Assembly: GCA_903930745.1 (NCBI GenBank)
Contig: CAIYZX010000040.1
Coordinates: forward strand, 1 to 36,731
DNA length: 36,731 nucleotides
Source: an uncultured Chloroflexota bacterium
GTDB taxonomy: Bacteria; Chloroflexota; Limnocylindria; Limnocylindrales; CSP1-4
Direction: 5' to 3'
Within the stretch, counting starts at the first letter, position 1. Each line of letters opens with the position of its first letter. Shown here one piece after another: positions 18,291 to 27,062 of this stretch. Made by a program: the position numbers and the translations under genes. Under the pieces are notes generated by a model that saw only the letters and a program-made list of their open reading frames with translations, was not told the DNA's origin and searched no databases.

Positions 18291-18682
18291 GACGGCACCT
18301 TGACGGCTTCGGGGAAGGACACGAGCGCCATGGTGCCCATCGCGAACAGGAAGATCGCGAGAAGGTAGAGCGCCATGATCAGGAAGGTGCGGAGGCCGCC
18401 CTTCGTGTAGTCCTGGACCACCGTCCGCATGCCCATGAAGGCGTGGAAGACGACCAGGGTGAGCATCATCCAGTCCACGGTGCGCCACGCGGCGCCGGAC
18501 CACCGGGCGGCGATCCAGTCGCTCGTCTGGATGGCCGGGTCGTAGATCAGGTGGACGATGGTGAAGTGGGCGATGACAAGGACGAAGAGGCCCAGCGCCG
18601 AGAGGCGCATGAGGTACCAGACGGCCGTGTCCCAGCCCCCGCCCTGCGGGCGTGCCTTGCTGGAGCGGGTGGACATGCTCAT
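18287..18682 (-). CDS. sdhD: succinate dehydrogenase membrane anchor subunit
   Basis: 131 aa with three TM helices and conserved His residues (HFTIVH, FHAFMG). It sits in the sdhCDAB order. The ATGA overlap with the sdhC stop is at 18679-18682. Confidence 0.75.
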
Positions 18683-19068
18683 GACGCGCCAAACCTGAAG
18701 GGCGGCTCCATCCCGAAGGCCGGGGCCATGATCTGGATCACGAACGGCAGCCCGATGACCACGAAGACCACCCAGACCCCGTACCAGAGCTGCTTGTGGT
18801 GGCGCGTGGTGGCAGGCCAGAAGTCCATGATGATGATCCGCGCGCCGTTGAGCGCGTGGTACAGGACCGCCGCACCGAGCGTGGTCTCCAGGAGCCGGCC
18901 AACGAGGCTGCCGTAGAACGCGAGCAGCTCGTTGTAGAGCGGCGGGTTCACGTTCGCCAGCCAGATGTCCAGCACGTGGAGCAGGATGAACGCCCAGATG
19001 GCGACACCGCTGATGCGGTGGAACGCCCAGGCGAGCATCCCCTCGCTTCCCCGATACCGCAGGAGCAT
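18679..19068 (-). CDS. sdhC: succinate dehydrogenase cytochrome b subunit
   Basis: 129 aa with AFHRISGVAIWAFILLHV and LYHALNGARI (SdhC-type heme ligand context). GGGAGG SD upstream of ATG 19068. Confidence 0.8.
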   Translation of the reverse strand: MLLRYRGSEGMLAWAFHRISGVAIWAFILLHVLDIWLANVNPPLYNELLAFYGSLVGRLLETTLGAAVLYHALNGARIIIMDFWPATTRHHKQLWYGVWVVFVVIGLPFVIQIMAPAFGMEPPFRFGAS

Positions 19069-19125
19069 GGAGCCTCCCTGTCCGGCGGCCGCGTGGCCGC
19101 GGAGCTTCCTAGAGGTCGCCTGGTC

Positions 19126-20130
19126 TCAGGCGAGCCGCTCGATGATCGCGTCGGCGAACTGGCTGGTGCCCGCGTCGCCGCCGAGGTCGTAGGTGGTGTG
19201 CTTCCCCTCGGCGATGACGAGGCGCAGGGCCTCCTCCACGCGCTCGGCCGCGGCCTGCTCGCCCAGGTGGCGGAGCATGAGGACGCCCGAGAGCAGGAGC
19301 GCGGTGGGGTTGGCCTTGTTCTGGCCCGCGTACTTGGGGGCGGAGCCGTGGACCGGCTCGAAGACCGAGGCCTCCGTGCCGATGTTGGCCCCGGGTGCGA
19401 CGCCGAGACCGCCCACGAGGCCTGCGCACAGGTCCGAGACGATGTCGCCGTACAGGTTGGGCAGCACCATGACGTCATACAGCTCGGGCTTCTGCACCAG
19501 CTGCATGCACATGTTGTCGACGATGCGGTCCTCGAACTCGACCTTGCCCTCGTAGTCCTTGGCCACGTTCGCGCAGCTCTCGAGGAACAGGCCGTCCGAG
19601 AGCTTCATGATGTTGGCCTTGTGGACCGCGGTGACCTTCCTGCGGCCGTTGTTGACGGCGTACTCGAAGGCGAAGCGGGCGATCCGCTCCGAGGCCTCGC
19701 GCGTGATGATCTTGATGCTCTCGGCGGCGTCGCGGCCCACCTTGTGCTCGATGCCCGCGTACAGGTCCTCCGTGTTCTCGCGAACGATCACGAGATCCAC
19801 GTCCTGGTAGCGCGTCTCGAGGCCCTTGATGGACCGGGCCGGGCGAAGGTTGGCGTACAGGCCAAGGACCTGGCGCAGGGTCACGTTGACGCTGCGGAAG
19901 CCGGAGCCCACGGGGGTGGTGATGGGGCCCTTGAGCGCGATCCTGTTGCGCCGGATGGACTCCAGGACATGGTCCGGGAGCGGGGTCCCGTACTGGGCCA
20001 TGACGCCTTCGCCGGCGTCCTGGACCTCCCACTCGAATGCGACGCCGGAGGCGTCAAGGACACGACGGGTGGCCTCCGCCAGCTCCGGGCCGATGCCGTC
20101 GCCGGGAATGAGCGTGACTCGATAAGGCAT
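19126..20130 (-). CDS. icd: isocitrate dehydrogenase (short, NAD-IDH-like member of the isocitrate/isopropylmalate dehydrogenase family)
   Basis: 334 aa with [46 protein letters not shown] and [10 protein letters not shown]. The G.RS.NV.LRQ motif favours IDH over LeuB. Cofactor specificity is not determinable from sequence alone. Confidence 0.8.
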   Translation of the reverse strand: MPYRVTLIPGDGIGPELAEATRRVLDASGVAFEWEVQDAGEGVMAQYGTPLPDHVLESIRRNRIALKGPITTPVGSGFRSVNVTLRQVLGLYANLRPARSIKGLETRYQDVDLVIVRENTEDLYAGIEHKVGRDAAESIKIITREASERIARFAFEYAVNNGRRKVTAVHKANIMKLSDGLFLESCANVAKDYEGKVEFEDRIVDNMCMQLVQKPELYDVMVLPNLYGDIVSDLCAGLVGGLGVAPGANIGTEASVFEPVHGSAPKYAGQNKANPTALLLSGVLMLRHLGEQAAAERVEEALRLVIAEGKHTTYDLGGDAGTSQFADAIIERLA

Positions 20131-20137
20131 GGTGGCG

Positions 20138-20143
20138 ATTGTA
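20138..20143 (-). promoter_or_regulatory. candidate -10 box (TACAAT) placed for a leaderless icd transcript
   Basis: The minus strand reads TACAAT-cgccacc-ATG, with 7 nt between the hexamer and the icd ATG and no SD in between. No convincing -35. Confidence 0.35.
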
Positions 20144-20403
20144 CCGACGGAGGGTCCCGTCCACGGGCGTCATGGGTCCCGGGGGACCGTGCCATTGCGC
20201 CCGACGTCACCCGGCCACGCGTCCCTAGGCGGTGTCGGCGGAGCGGTGCCCTCGGAGGGGCCGGATGGTCCCCCACGGCGGTACCAGCGGTCCGGCGGCC
20301 ATCGCGCGGGCGCGGCTATGATCGCTGTCTCGCACCCCGGCCGCGCTCACGGTGAAGCGTCCGGCCCGCCAACGGTGCCCTGCCCCGGAGGTCTCGCCCG
20401 TCC

Positions 20404-21588
20404 GTGAAGATCCACGAAGCAGACGCGAAGTCGCTGCTGGTCGCCCAGGGCCTGCCCGTGCCCGCATGGGAGGTCGCCAGGACCCCATCGCAGGCGCGCG
20501 CGGCAGCCGTGCGGTTCCTCGCCGACCCGGCGAACGCCACCGGCAAGGTGGTGATCAAGGCCCAGGTCCTCGTGGGCGGCCGCGGCAAGGCCGGCGGCGT
20601 GAAGCTCGCCTCCACGGCTGACGAGGCCGAGGAGGTCGCGGCGCAGATCCTGGCCCTGGAGATCAAGGGCCTCCCCGTCCGGCGCGTCCTCGTGGGACCG
20701 GCGGCGGAGATCGTCAAGGAGTACTACCTCTCGGTGCTCCTGGACCGCGCCACCAAGCGCCTGATGTTCATCGGCTCCGCCGAGGGCGGCGTGGAGATCG
20801 AGCAGGTGGCCGTGGACAACCCGGACGCCATCGTCTACGAGCACGTGGACCCGCTCCTCGGGCTGCCGGACTACGCGGCACGCAAGCTGGCCTTCAGGAT
20901 CGGCTTTGGGGCCCACTGGAAGGCCGGCGCGGCGATCGCGAAGGGCCTGCTCAAGACGATGATGGCCAACGACGCGGATCTCGTGGAGATCAACCCGCTC
21001 GCGGTCATCCGCGAGACGAAGGCGGACGGCACCCCCGTGGAGCGCCTGGTCTGCCTGGACGCCAAGATCACGCTCGATGACTCCGCGCTCGCCCGCCACC
21101 CCGGGCTCGAGGAGCTCCGCGACCTTGACGCCGAGGATCCGGCGGACGTGGAGGCACGCCGCTACGACCTGACGTTCATCAAGCTGGACGGCAACATCGG
21201 CTGCATGGTGAACGGCGCGGGTCTCGCGATGACCACCATGGACCTCGTGAACCGCGCGGGCGGCCAGCCCGCGAACTTCCTGGACATCGGCGGCGGCGCC
21301 AAGTCGGACCGCGTGGCGGCCGCGATGAAGCTGATCCTCGCGGATCCCAACGTCCAGGCCATCCTCGTGAACATCTTCGGCGGCATCACCCGCGGCGACG
21401 AGGTTGCCCGCGGCCTGATCGAGGCCCGCGCCCAGCAGGAGCGCGAGGTGCCGATGGTGGTCCGGATCGTAGGCACCAACGCCAGGGAGGCGGCGGAGCT
21501 GCTGGAGGCGGCGAACTTCGTGACCGCGGCCAGCCTTGATGAGGCTGCGGCGAAGGCCGTCGCGGCGGCGAAGGGAGCGGCGGCGTGA
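20404..21588 (+). CDS. sucC: succinyl-CoA synthetase beta subunit
   Basis: 394 aa with an [13 protein letters not shown]-terminus, an ATP-grasp region and [18 protein letters not shown] start. Confidence 0.94.
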   Translation: MKIHEADAKSLLVAQGLPVPAWEVARTPSQARAAAVRFLADPANATGKVVIKAQVLVGGRGKAGGVKLASTADEAEEVAAQILALEIKGLPVRRVLVGPAAEIVKEYYLSVLLDRATKRLMFIGSAEGGVEIEQVAVDNPDAIVYEHVDPLLGLPDYAARKLAFRIGFGAHWKAGAAIAKGLLKTMMANDADLVEINPLAVIRETKADGTPVERLVCLDAKITLDDSALARHPGLEELRDLDAEDPADVEARRYDLTFIKLDGNIGCMVNGAGLAMTTMDLVNRAGGQPANFLDIGGGAKSDRVAAAMKLILADPNVQAILVNIFGGITRGDEVARGLIEARAQQEREVPMVVRIVGTNAREAAELLEAANFVTAASLDEAAAKAVAAAKGAAA

Positions 21589-22469
21589 GCATCCTGATCG
21601 GGCGCGACACCCGCCTCGTGGTCCAGGGCATCACCGGGCGTGAGGGCGAGTTCCACAGCCGGGCGATGCTGGAGTACGGCACCCCGCTCGTGGCAGGCGT
21701 GACGCCGGGCAAGGGTGGCCTCACCGCCCTCGACGGGCGGGTGCCCGTCTTCGACACGGTGGCCAGCGCGGTCGCGGAGACCGGCGCCAACACCTCCTGC
21801 ATCTTCGTGCCCGCGGGCGGCGCCCCGGACGCGGTGCTGGAGTCCGTGGCCGCCGGCATCAGGACCATCTTCTGCATCACCGAGGGCATCCCCGCCCTGG
21901 ACATGATCCCGGTCGTGGAGGAGGTCCGGCTCGCCGGCGCCCGCCTCGTCGGGCCCAACTGCCCCGGCGCCACCAGCCCCGGGCGCGCCAAGGTTGGCAT
22001 CATCCCGGGCTCCATCCACCGCGAGGGCTCCGTGGGCGTCGTGTCCCGGTCGGGCACGCTCACCTACGAGGCCGTCCAGGCCATGACGGACGCCGGCATC
22101 GGCCAGTCGTCGTGCGTGGGCATCGGCGGTGACCCGGTCATCGGCAGCCAGCACATCGACATCCTGAAGCTGTTCGCGCAGGACCCGGAGACCAACGCGC
22201 TCGTCCTCATCGGCGAGATCGGCGGTTCCGCGGAGGAGGAGGCGGCCGCCTGGGCCGCCGAGCACCTCGCCGGCATGCCGAAGGTGGCGTTCATCGCCGG
22301 CCGCACCGCCCCGGAGGGCAAGCGGATGGGCCACGCGGGCGCGATCGTCTCCGGCGGCAAGGGCACCGCGGCCTCCAAGGTGGCGGCGCTCGAGGCGGCG
22401 GGCTTCCTCGTCGCCAACTCCCCCACGGAGCTGCCCGCCCTGCTCCGACAGGCCGGCTACAAGGGGTAG
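21585..22469 (+). CDS. sucD: succinyl-CoA synthetase alpha subunit
   Basis: 294 aa with [21 protein letters not shown] and the [14 protein letters not shown] phospho-His loop. The GTGA overlap with the sucC stop is at 21585-21588. Confidence 0.94.
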   Translation: MSILIGRDTRLVVQGITGREGEFHSRAMLEYGTPLVAGVTPGKGGLTALDGRVPVFDTVASAVAETGANTSCIFVPAGGAPDAVLESVAAGIRTIFCITEGIPALDMIPVVEEVRLAGARLVGPNCPGATSPGRAKVGIIPGSIHREGSVGVVSRSGTLTYEAVQAMTDAGIGQSSCVGIGGDPVIGSQHIDILKLFAQDPETNALVLIGEIGGSAEEEAAAWAAEHLAGMPKVAFIAGRTAPEGKRMGHAGAIVSGGKGTAASKVAALEAAGFLVANSPTELPALLRQAGYKG

Positions 22470-22481
22470 CCCCCAACCCGC

Positions 22482-22955
22482 ATGCAGATCGCCGACATCC
22501 GGTACCTCTTCGCGTACGACCGCTGGGCAACCCGGCGGATCCTCGCCGTGCTGGAAGGGGTGCCGGAGGCGACCTGGGGCGCCACGGGCGTCGTGGGTGA
22601 CCGCGGCCTGGGTGCCATCCTCGTCCACCAGCTGGGGGCCGCCCAGCGGTGGCGGAACGGGCTGGCGGGGACCGGTCTCTCGCCCCGGCCGGAGCGGGAG
22701 CCCCTGCCGTCCCCGGCGTCGCTCGCGCCCGCCTGGGAGGCGGAGTGGGCGGCCTTCGACGCCTGGCTGGACACCATGGACGAGGCGTTCCTCACCCATA
22801 CCGAGGACGGCGTGCCGGTCTGGCAGATGCTGGTCCATCTCGCCAACCACGGGACGCAGCACCGGTCCGAGGCGGCGGTCCTGCTCACGGACGCCGGCCG
22901 CTCGCCGGGTGACCTGGACATGGTCTTCTTCGCCGAGGAGCTCGCAGCGTCATGA
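22482..22955 (+). CDS. DinB-family protein (DinB_2-like four-helix metal-binding fold)
   Basis: 157 aa with YLFAYDRWATRRIL, ILVHQLGAAQRW and LVHLANHGTQHRSEA, the His triad pattern of the DinB superfamily. It starts 12 nt after sucD. Confidence 0.75.
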   Translation: MQIADIRYLFAYDRWATRRILAVLEGVPEATWGATGVVGDRGLGAILVHQLGAAQRWRNGLAGTGLSPRPEREPLPSPASLAPAWEAEWAAFDAWLDTMDEAFLTHTEDGVPVWQMLVHLANHGTQHRSEAAVLLTDAGRSPGDLDMVFFAEELAAS

Positions 22956-23422
22956 GCAGCCTCATGGACCTGGTGGCGGGCGACGTCCGCGACATCGCGC
23001 TCGCGCTCTCCATCGACGATCTCGCGGGCTTCGACGACCCGGACCGCTTCCCCGCCCACCTCGCGCTGGGCGGCGGCCTGGATCCCACCTGGCTGGACCT
23101 CTTCAGCGAGGCCGTGCGTTCCGTGACCGGCGGCGACGGCCCGGATGACTTCCTTGACGCCCGCACGGAGATCGCCGGCGGCATGACCAACGTGGAGCGG
23201 ATCGTGGAGCGCGTGGATCCGGCCTGGATCTCCGCGGTGGCCGCGGTCCCGGACGAGCTGGTTGGCCCGGTGGCCGGACGGTGGATCGAGCTGCTGGAGG
23301 AGGAGCTGGGGCTCCTGCCGCGCGAGGAGAAGCCCTGGATCCGCGACATGGCGGGCAAGGTGGTCGCCTTCTCGCGGTCTGCTGCCGAGGCGAAGGACGT
23401 CGTCTTCGCCTGGATGTTCTGA
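22952..23422 (+). CDS. hypothetical acidic 156-aa protein
   Basis: ATG overlaps the DinB stop (ATGA), and its own stop overlaps the next start (TGATG). G/C at third codon positions is high. There is no TM and no motif I recognise. Confidence 0.6.
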   Translation: MSSLMDLVAGDVRDIALALSIDDLAGFDDPDRFPAHLALGGGLDPTWLDLFSEAVRSVTGGDGPDDFLDARTEIAGGMTNVERIVERVDPAWISAVAAVPDELVGPVAGRWIELLEEELGLLPREEKPWIRDMAGKVVAFSRSAAEAKDVVFAWMF

Positions 23423-24069
23423 TGACACCAGGCGCGGACACGGGTGCGGGGCCTGCGCTCCCGCCCCCGCCCGGCGAGCCCTACCGGGGCGCCGTCCCGT
23501 TCTTCCGCGCGCTCAACCGCTGGTTCATGGTCCCGCTCACGCGCCGTGGCCTTGGCGCCTGGGTGTCAACGCCGTTCGGCGGGGCGATCCTGCTGCTGCG
23601 CGTGCGTGGCAGGAAGAGCGGCCTCGTCCGGGAGACACCGCTCAACTACGTGATCCACGATGGGGCGGCCTGGGTGCTCGCGGGGCTGGGTCCGCGGACG
23701 CAGTGGTTCCAGAACCTCGTGGAGGAGCCGGCAGTGGAGGTGCTCCTCCCTGGCCGCGAGCCCTTCCGGGCGACGGCCCGGGAGATGCGTGAGCCGTCCG
23801 TGCGGGAGATGGTGCTGCCCAGGATCCTGCGCTCCACCATCGGCCCGGCCGCGGGCTCCGGGCTCAACCCCTTCGGCTCCGCCGAGTCCACCCTGGAGAC
23901 GATGTCCTGGGTGCCGCTGGTCCGCCTGGACCCGGTGGACGGACGGCTGGAACCGGGCCCGGACGATCCCGGCGGGCACGGCTGGATCTGGCGTCAGGCG
24001 GTGCTGACCCTTGCGCTCCTGCTTGCGCTTCGCGCGCTACGCCGGGCGATGGGATGGCTCCGGCGCTAG
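23422..24069 (+). CDS. deazaflavin-dependent-nitroreductase (DDN)-family split beta-barrel protein with a C-terminal TM anchor
   Basis: Real gene in the 3' part of track ORF 23281..24069. FFRALNRWFMVPLTRRGLG...ILLLRVRGRKSGLVRETPLNYVIHDGAAWVLAG...RTQWFQNLVEEPAVEV follows the Ddn-like pattern (TTGRKSG...PL.Y..dg....aS.......W..Nl.a.P.v.v). The C-terminal WIWRQAVLTLALLLALRAL is hydrophobic. F420 use is inferred. Confidence 0.7.
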   Translation: MTPGADTGAGPALPPPPGEPYRGAVPFFRALNRWFMVPLTRRGLGAWVSTPFGGAILLLRVRGRKSGLVRETPLNYVIHDGAAWVLAGLGPRTQWFQNLVEEPAVEVLLPGREPFRATAREMREPSVREMVLPRILRSTIGPAAGSGLNPFGSAESTLETMSWVPLVRLDPVDGRLEPGPDDPGGHGWIWRQAVLTLALLLALRALRRAMGWLRR

Positions 24070-24551
24070 TAGCCCTCGTACCCCAGGGCCGTCCACGCCG
24101 GGCCGCCCGGCTTCTCGATCAGCTCCACCAGCACGCCCTGGCAGGACTTGGGGTGCAGGAACGCCACCGGCCCCTCCGCACCCTTGCGCGCCGCGGTGTC
24201 GATGAGCTGGATCCCATCGAGCTCCAGGCGCAGGAGCGTCTCGGCGATGTTGTCCACCTCGAAGCAGACGTGATGGAAGCCCTCGCCCTTGTTGGCGAGG
24301 AAGCGCGCGACGCCCGTGGTGTCGTCGTCCGGCTGGACGAGCTCGATCTTGGACTCCCCCACCGCGAGGAACGCGATGGTGACCCGGTCGAACTCGATGG
24401 GCAGGACGAGCTCCACGGGCATGCCCAGCATGTCGCGCCAAAGCCTGAGCGACTCGTCGATGCTCCGGACAACCACGGCGACATGGTGGATCTTGCCCAG
24501 CTTGCGGATGACGCCGGGCAGGTGGGTGGGGGCCTCGGGATGGCCTGACAT
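24066..24551 (-). CDS. mce: methylmalonyl-CoA epimerase (VOC/glyoxalase fold)
   Basis: 161 aa with KIHHVAVVV, IAFLAVGESKIELVQP, VARFLANKGEGFHHVCFEVDNI and VAFLHPKSCQGVLVELIE. Its stop overlaps the convergent DDN-family stop (CTAG). Confidence 0.88.
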   Translation of the reverse strand: MSGHPEAPTHLPGVIRKLGKIHHVAVVVRSIDESLRLWRDMLGMPVELVLPIEFDRVTIAFLAVGESKIELVQPDDDTTGVARFLANKGEGFHHVCFEVDNIAETLLRLELDGIQLIDTAARKGAEGPVAFLHPKSCQGVLVELIEKPGGPAWTALGYEGY

Positions 24552-24617
24552 GGCGGGACCTCCGGGTTGGTGGCGGTTCGAGGAGGCGGCGGGGGCGGCG
24601 GGTCCGCCGGGCCCGGT

Positions 24618-26336
24618 TCAGACGGTGATGAGCTCGCGGTGGATGCCCCACGTGCGGCGGAGCAGGTCGGCGATCTCGCCAACGGTGGCGTAGGCGCCAA
24701 CCGCCTCGATGATCGCCGGGAGCAGGTTCGCCTGGCCCTTCGCCTCCTCCTCGAGGCGGCGCATGGTGGCGGCCCAGCTGGCGGCGTCGCGCCCGGCGCG
24801 GACGAGGCGGAGGCTCTCCACCTGCCGGCGCTCGCCCTCCGGGTCGATCTTGAGGATGGACGGCCGGGTGCCCGTCCCCTCGTCCTTGAACTTGTTCACG
24901 CCCACCACGATCCGGTCGCCCCGCTCGATCTCGCGCTGGACGCGGTACGCGGACTCCTGGATCTGGCGCTGCTGGAAGCCGCCCTCGATGGCCGCGAGGG
25001 TGCCGCCCATGGCGTCGATCTCGTCGAGGTAGGCCGTGGCCGCCGCCTCGAGGTCATTGGTGAGGGACTCCACGAACCAGGAGCCGGCCAGCGGGTCCGG
25101 GGTCTCGGTGACACCCGCCTCGTGGGCGATGATCTGCTGGGTGCGGAGCGCCAGGCGGGCGGACTCCACGGTGGGGAGCGCCAGCGCCTCGTCCCGGGAG
25201 TTCGTGTGGAGGCTCTGGGTGCCGCCAAGGACCGCGGCGAGGGCCTGCAGCGTGGTCCGGACGACGTTGTTGTCGATGGACTGGGCGGTCAGGCTGGAGC
25301 CGGCGGTCTGGGTGTGGAACCGGCACATCATGGACTTCGGGTTCTTCGCCCCGAACCGCTCCTTCATGATCCGCGCCCACATCCGGCGGGCGGCGCGGAA
25401 CTTGGCCACCTCCTCGAAGAGCTCCGACCAGGCGGCGAAGAAGAACGAGAGGCGGGGCGCGAAGTCGTCCACGTCCAGGCCGCGGGCCACCGCCGCCTCA
25501 ACGTAGGCGATGCCATCGGCCAGCGTGAAGGCCAGCTCCTGGGCGGCCGTCGCCCCGGCCTCGCGCATGTGGTACCCGGAGATGGAGATGGTGTTCCACT
25601 TGGGGAGCTCTGCGCTGGCGAACTCGAAGACGTCCGTCACGAGGCGCATGGACGCGCGCGGCGGGTAGATGTACGTGCCGCGGGCCACGTACTCCTTGAG
25701 GATGTCGTTCTGCGTGGTGCCGCTCACGGCGGATCGCGGGACGCCCTGCTTCTCCGCCGCCGCCACGTAGAGGGCGAGCAGGATGGGCGCCGTGGCGTTG
25801 ATGGTCATCGAGGTGGAGACCGTGCCCAGCGGGATGCCGGCGAAGAGGGTCTCCATGTCGGCGAGCGAGCTCACCGGGACGCCCACGCGGCCCACCTCGC
25901 CCTCGGCCTCGGGCGCATCGGAGTCGTAGCCCATCTGCGTGGGCAGGTCGAAGGCCACCGACAGGCCGGTCTGGCCCTGCTCCAGGAGGTAGCGGAAGCG
26001 CTCGTTGGTCTCGGCGGCGGTGGCGAAGCCCGCGTACTGGCGCATGGTCCAGAACCGGGAGCGGTACATGGTGGCCTGCACGCCCCGGGTGAAGGGGTAC
26101 TCGCCGGGCATGCCCAGGTCCGCGGCCGGGTCCCACTCCCCCATCGCAGCCGGCGTGTAGACGTCCGCGACCGGGATCTCCGACGTGGTGGCGAACGTCT
26201 CGCGCCGCTCCGCGGATGCCGCGACGGCCTTGGCGCGCGTCGTGGCCCGCCACCTGGCGAGACCCGGGTCCTCCGATGCTCCTGCGGCGGCCGCGCCAGG
26301 GGCGGCGCTCTGGCGCGCCGAAGCCTCGTCGTTCAC
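24618..26336 (-). CDS. methylmalonyl-CoA mutase, catalytic (TIM-barrel) large-subunit domain only
   Basis: 572 aa with [63 protein letters not shown]. It ends at the close of the substrate-binding domain and has no DxHxxG B12-binding domain. GTG start 26336 is preceded by GGAGGAA. Confidence 0.9.
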   Translation of the reverse strand: MNDEASARQSAAPGAAAAGASEDPGLARWRATTRAKAVAASAERRETFATTSEIPVADVYTPAAMGEWDPAADLGMPGEYPFTRGVQATMYRSRFWTMRQYAGFATAAETNERFRYLLEQGQTGLSVAFDLPTQMGYDSDAPEAEGEVGRVGVPVSSLADMETLFAGIPLGTVSTSMTINATAPILLALYVAAAEKQGVPRSAVSGTTQNDILKEYVARGTYIYPPRASMRLVTDVFEFASAELPKWNTISISGYHMREAGATAAQELAFTLADGIAYVEAAVARGLDVDDFAPRLSFFFAAWSELFEEVAKFRAARRMWARIMKERFGAKNPKSMMCRFHTQTAGSSLTAQSIDNNVVRTTLQALAAVLGGTQSLHTNSRDEALALPTVESARLALRTQQIIAHEAGVTETPDPLAGSWFVESLTNDLEAAATAYLDEIDAMGGTLAAIEGGFQQRQIQESAYRVQREIERGDRIVVGVNKFKDEGTGTRPSILKIDPEGERRQVESLRLVRAGRDAASWAATMRRLEEEAKGQANLLPAIIEAVGAYATVGEIADLLRRTWGIHRELITV

Positions 26337-26357
26337 CCGTTCCTCCGAACCATCAGC

Positions 26358-27062
26358 CTAGTTGATGACCACCAGCAGGTCGCCGATCTCGATCGAGACG
26401 CCCACCGTCGCCCCGACACGCTCGATGGTGCCATCCCTTGGCGATCTGAGCTCGTTCTGCATCTTCATGGCCTCCACCACCAGCAGCTGCTGGCCGGCCG
26501 TGACCGCGTCGCCCGGCTTGACGGAGACCGCGACCACCTTGCCCGGGATGATCGCCTTGACCTGCAGGGGGCCGCTCCTGGCGCTTGCCGCCCGGCCCTG
26601 TGAGGCCCGCTCCCGGAGCGACGCCACCCGCTCCGACTCTGTCTCCACCATGAACCGGAAGCCGTCCACGAGGACCTCCCGGACCCGGGAGCCGGACTCC
26701 CCTGCCGCCTCGGTCTCGATGACGAGGCGCGTGGCGCCCGACGGCTCGTCCAGGACCCAGCGTCCGCCCCCAAGTCCCCGGAGGGACGCGGCGCAGGGCC
26801 TGTCGTCAAGGAATGCGTGTCCTTGTGCAAGGACACCGTCTCCGCCCGGATCGCCGGTCGGAGACGGGGCCACCGCCGCGCCGCCGAGGAGGCCCCGCCC
26901 AACCGTGGGATTGGTCATCCGCAGGGGCTCGGGGGCCGGGGCAACCCGGATGGGGGCCTCGTCGCCGGTCCTCGATGCGGCGGCGAGTCGCACGCGGACC
27001 GCACGCGGATGGATCGAGCCGCTCCCGGTGCCTGCCTGCCGACCGTCGTTCACCTCGGCCAT
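26358..27062 (-). CDS. biotin carboxyl carrier protein with a long N-terminal extension
   Basis: The C-terminal 70 aa form a biotinyl domain (IPGKVVAVSVKPGDAVTAGQQLLVVEAMKMQNELRSPRDGTI, EAMKM biotinylation motif). I prefer ATG 27062 (GGGAG 8 nt upstream), which overlaps the biotin carboxylase stop by 13 nt. The track start is 27098. Confidence 0.85.
   Translation of the reverse strand: MAEVNDGRQAGTGSGSIHPRAVRVRLAAASRTGDEAPIRVAPAPEPLRMTNPTVGRGLLGGAAVAPSPTGDPGGDGVLAQGHAFLDDRPCAASLRGLGGGRWVLDEPSGATRLVIETEAAGESGSRVREVLVDGFRFMVETESERVASLRERASQGRAASARSGPLQVKAIIPGKVVAVSVKPGDAVTAGQQLLVVEAMKMQNELRSPRDGTIERVGATVGVSIEIGDLLVVIN

Noticed and set aside
20175-20188. GC palindrome GGTCCCGGGGGACC in the icd/sucC intergenic region, with a similar GGTCCGGGGGACC at 33008-33020
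   Set aside because: Short G/C-only palindromes are expected by chance at this base composition. The two contexts are unrelated and there are only two loose copies.
20317-20322. TATGAT hexamer upstream of sucC as a promoter (it shares GCTATGAT with the mraZ -10 context)
   Set aside because: There is no acceptable -35 at 16-18 nt. It is a single hexamer match, too weak to call as a feature.
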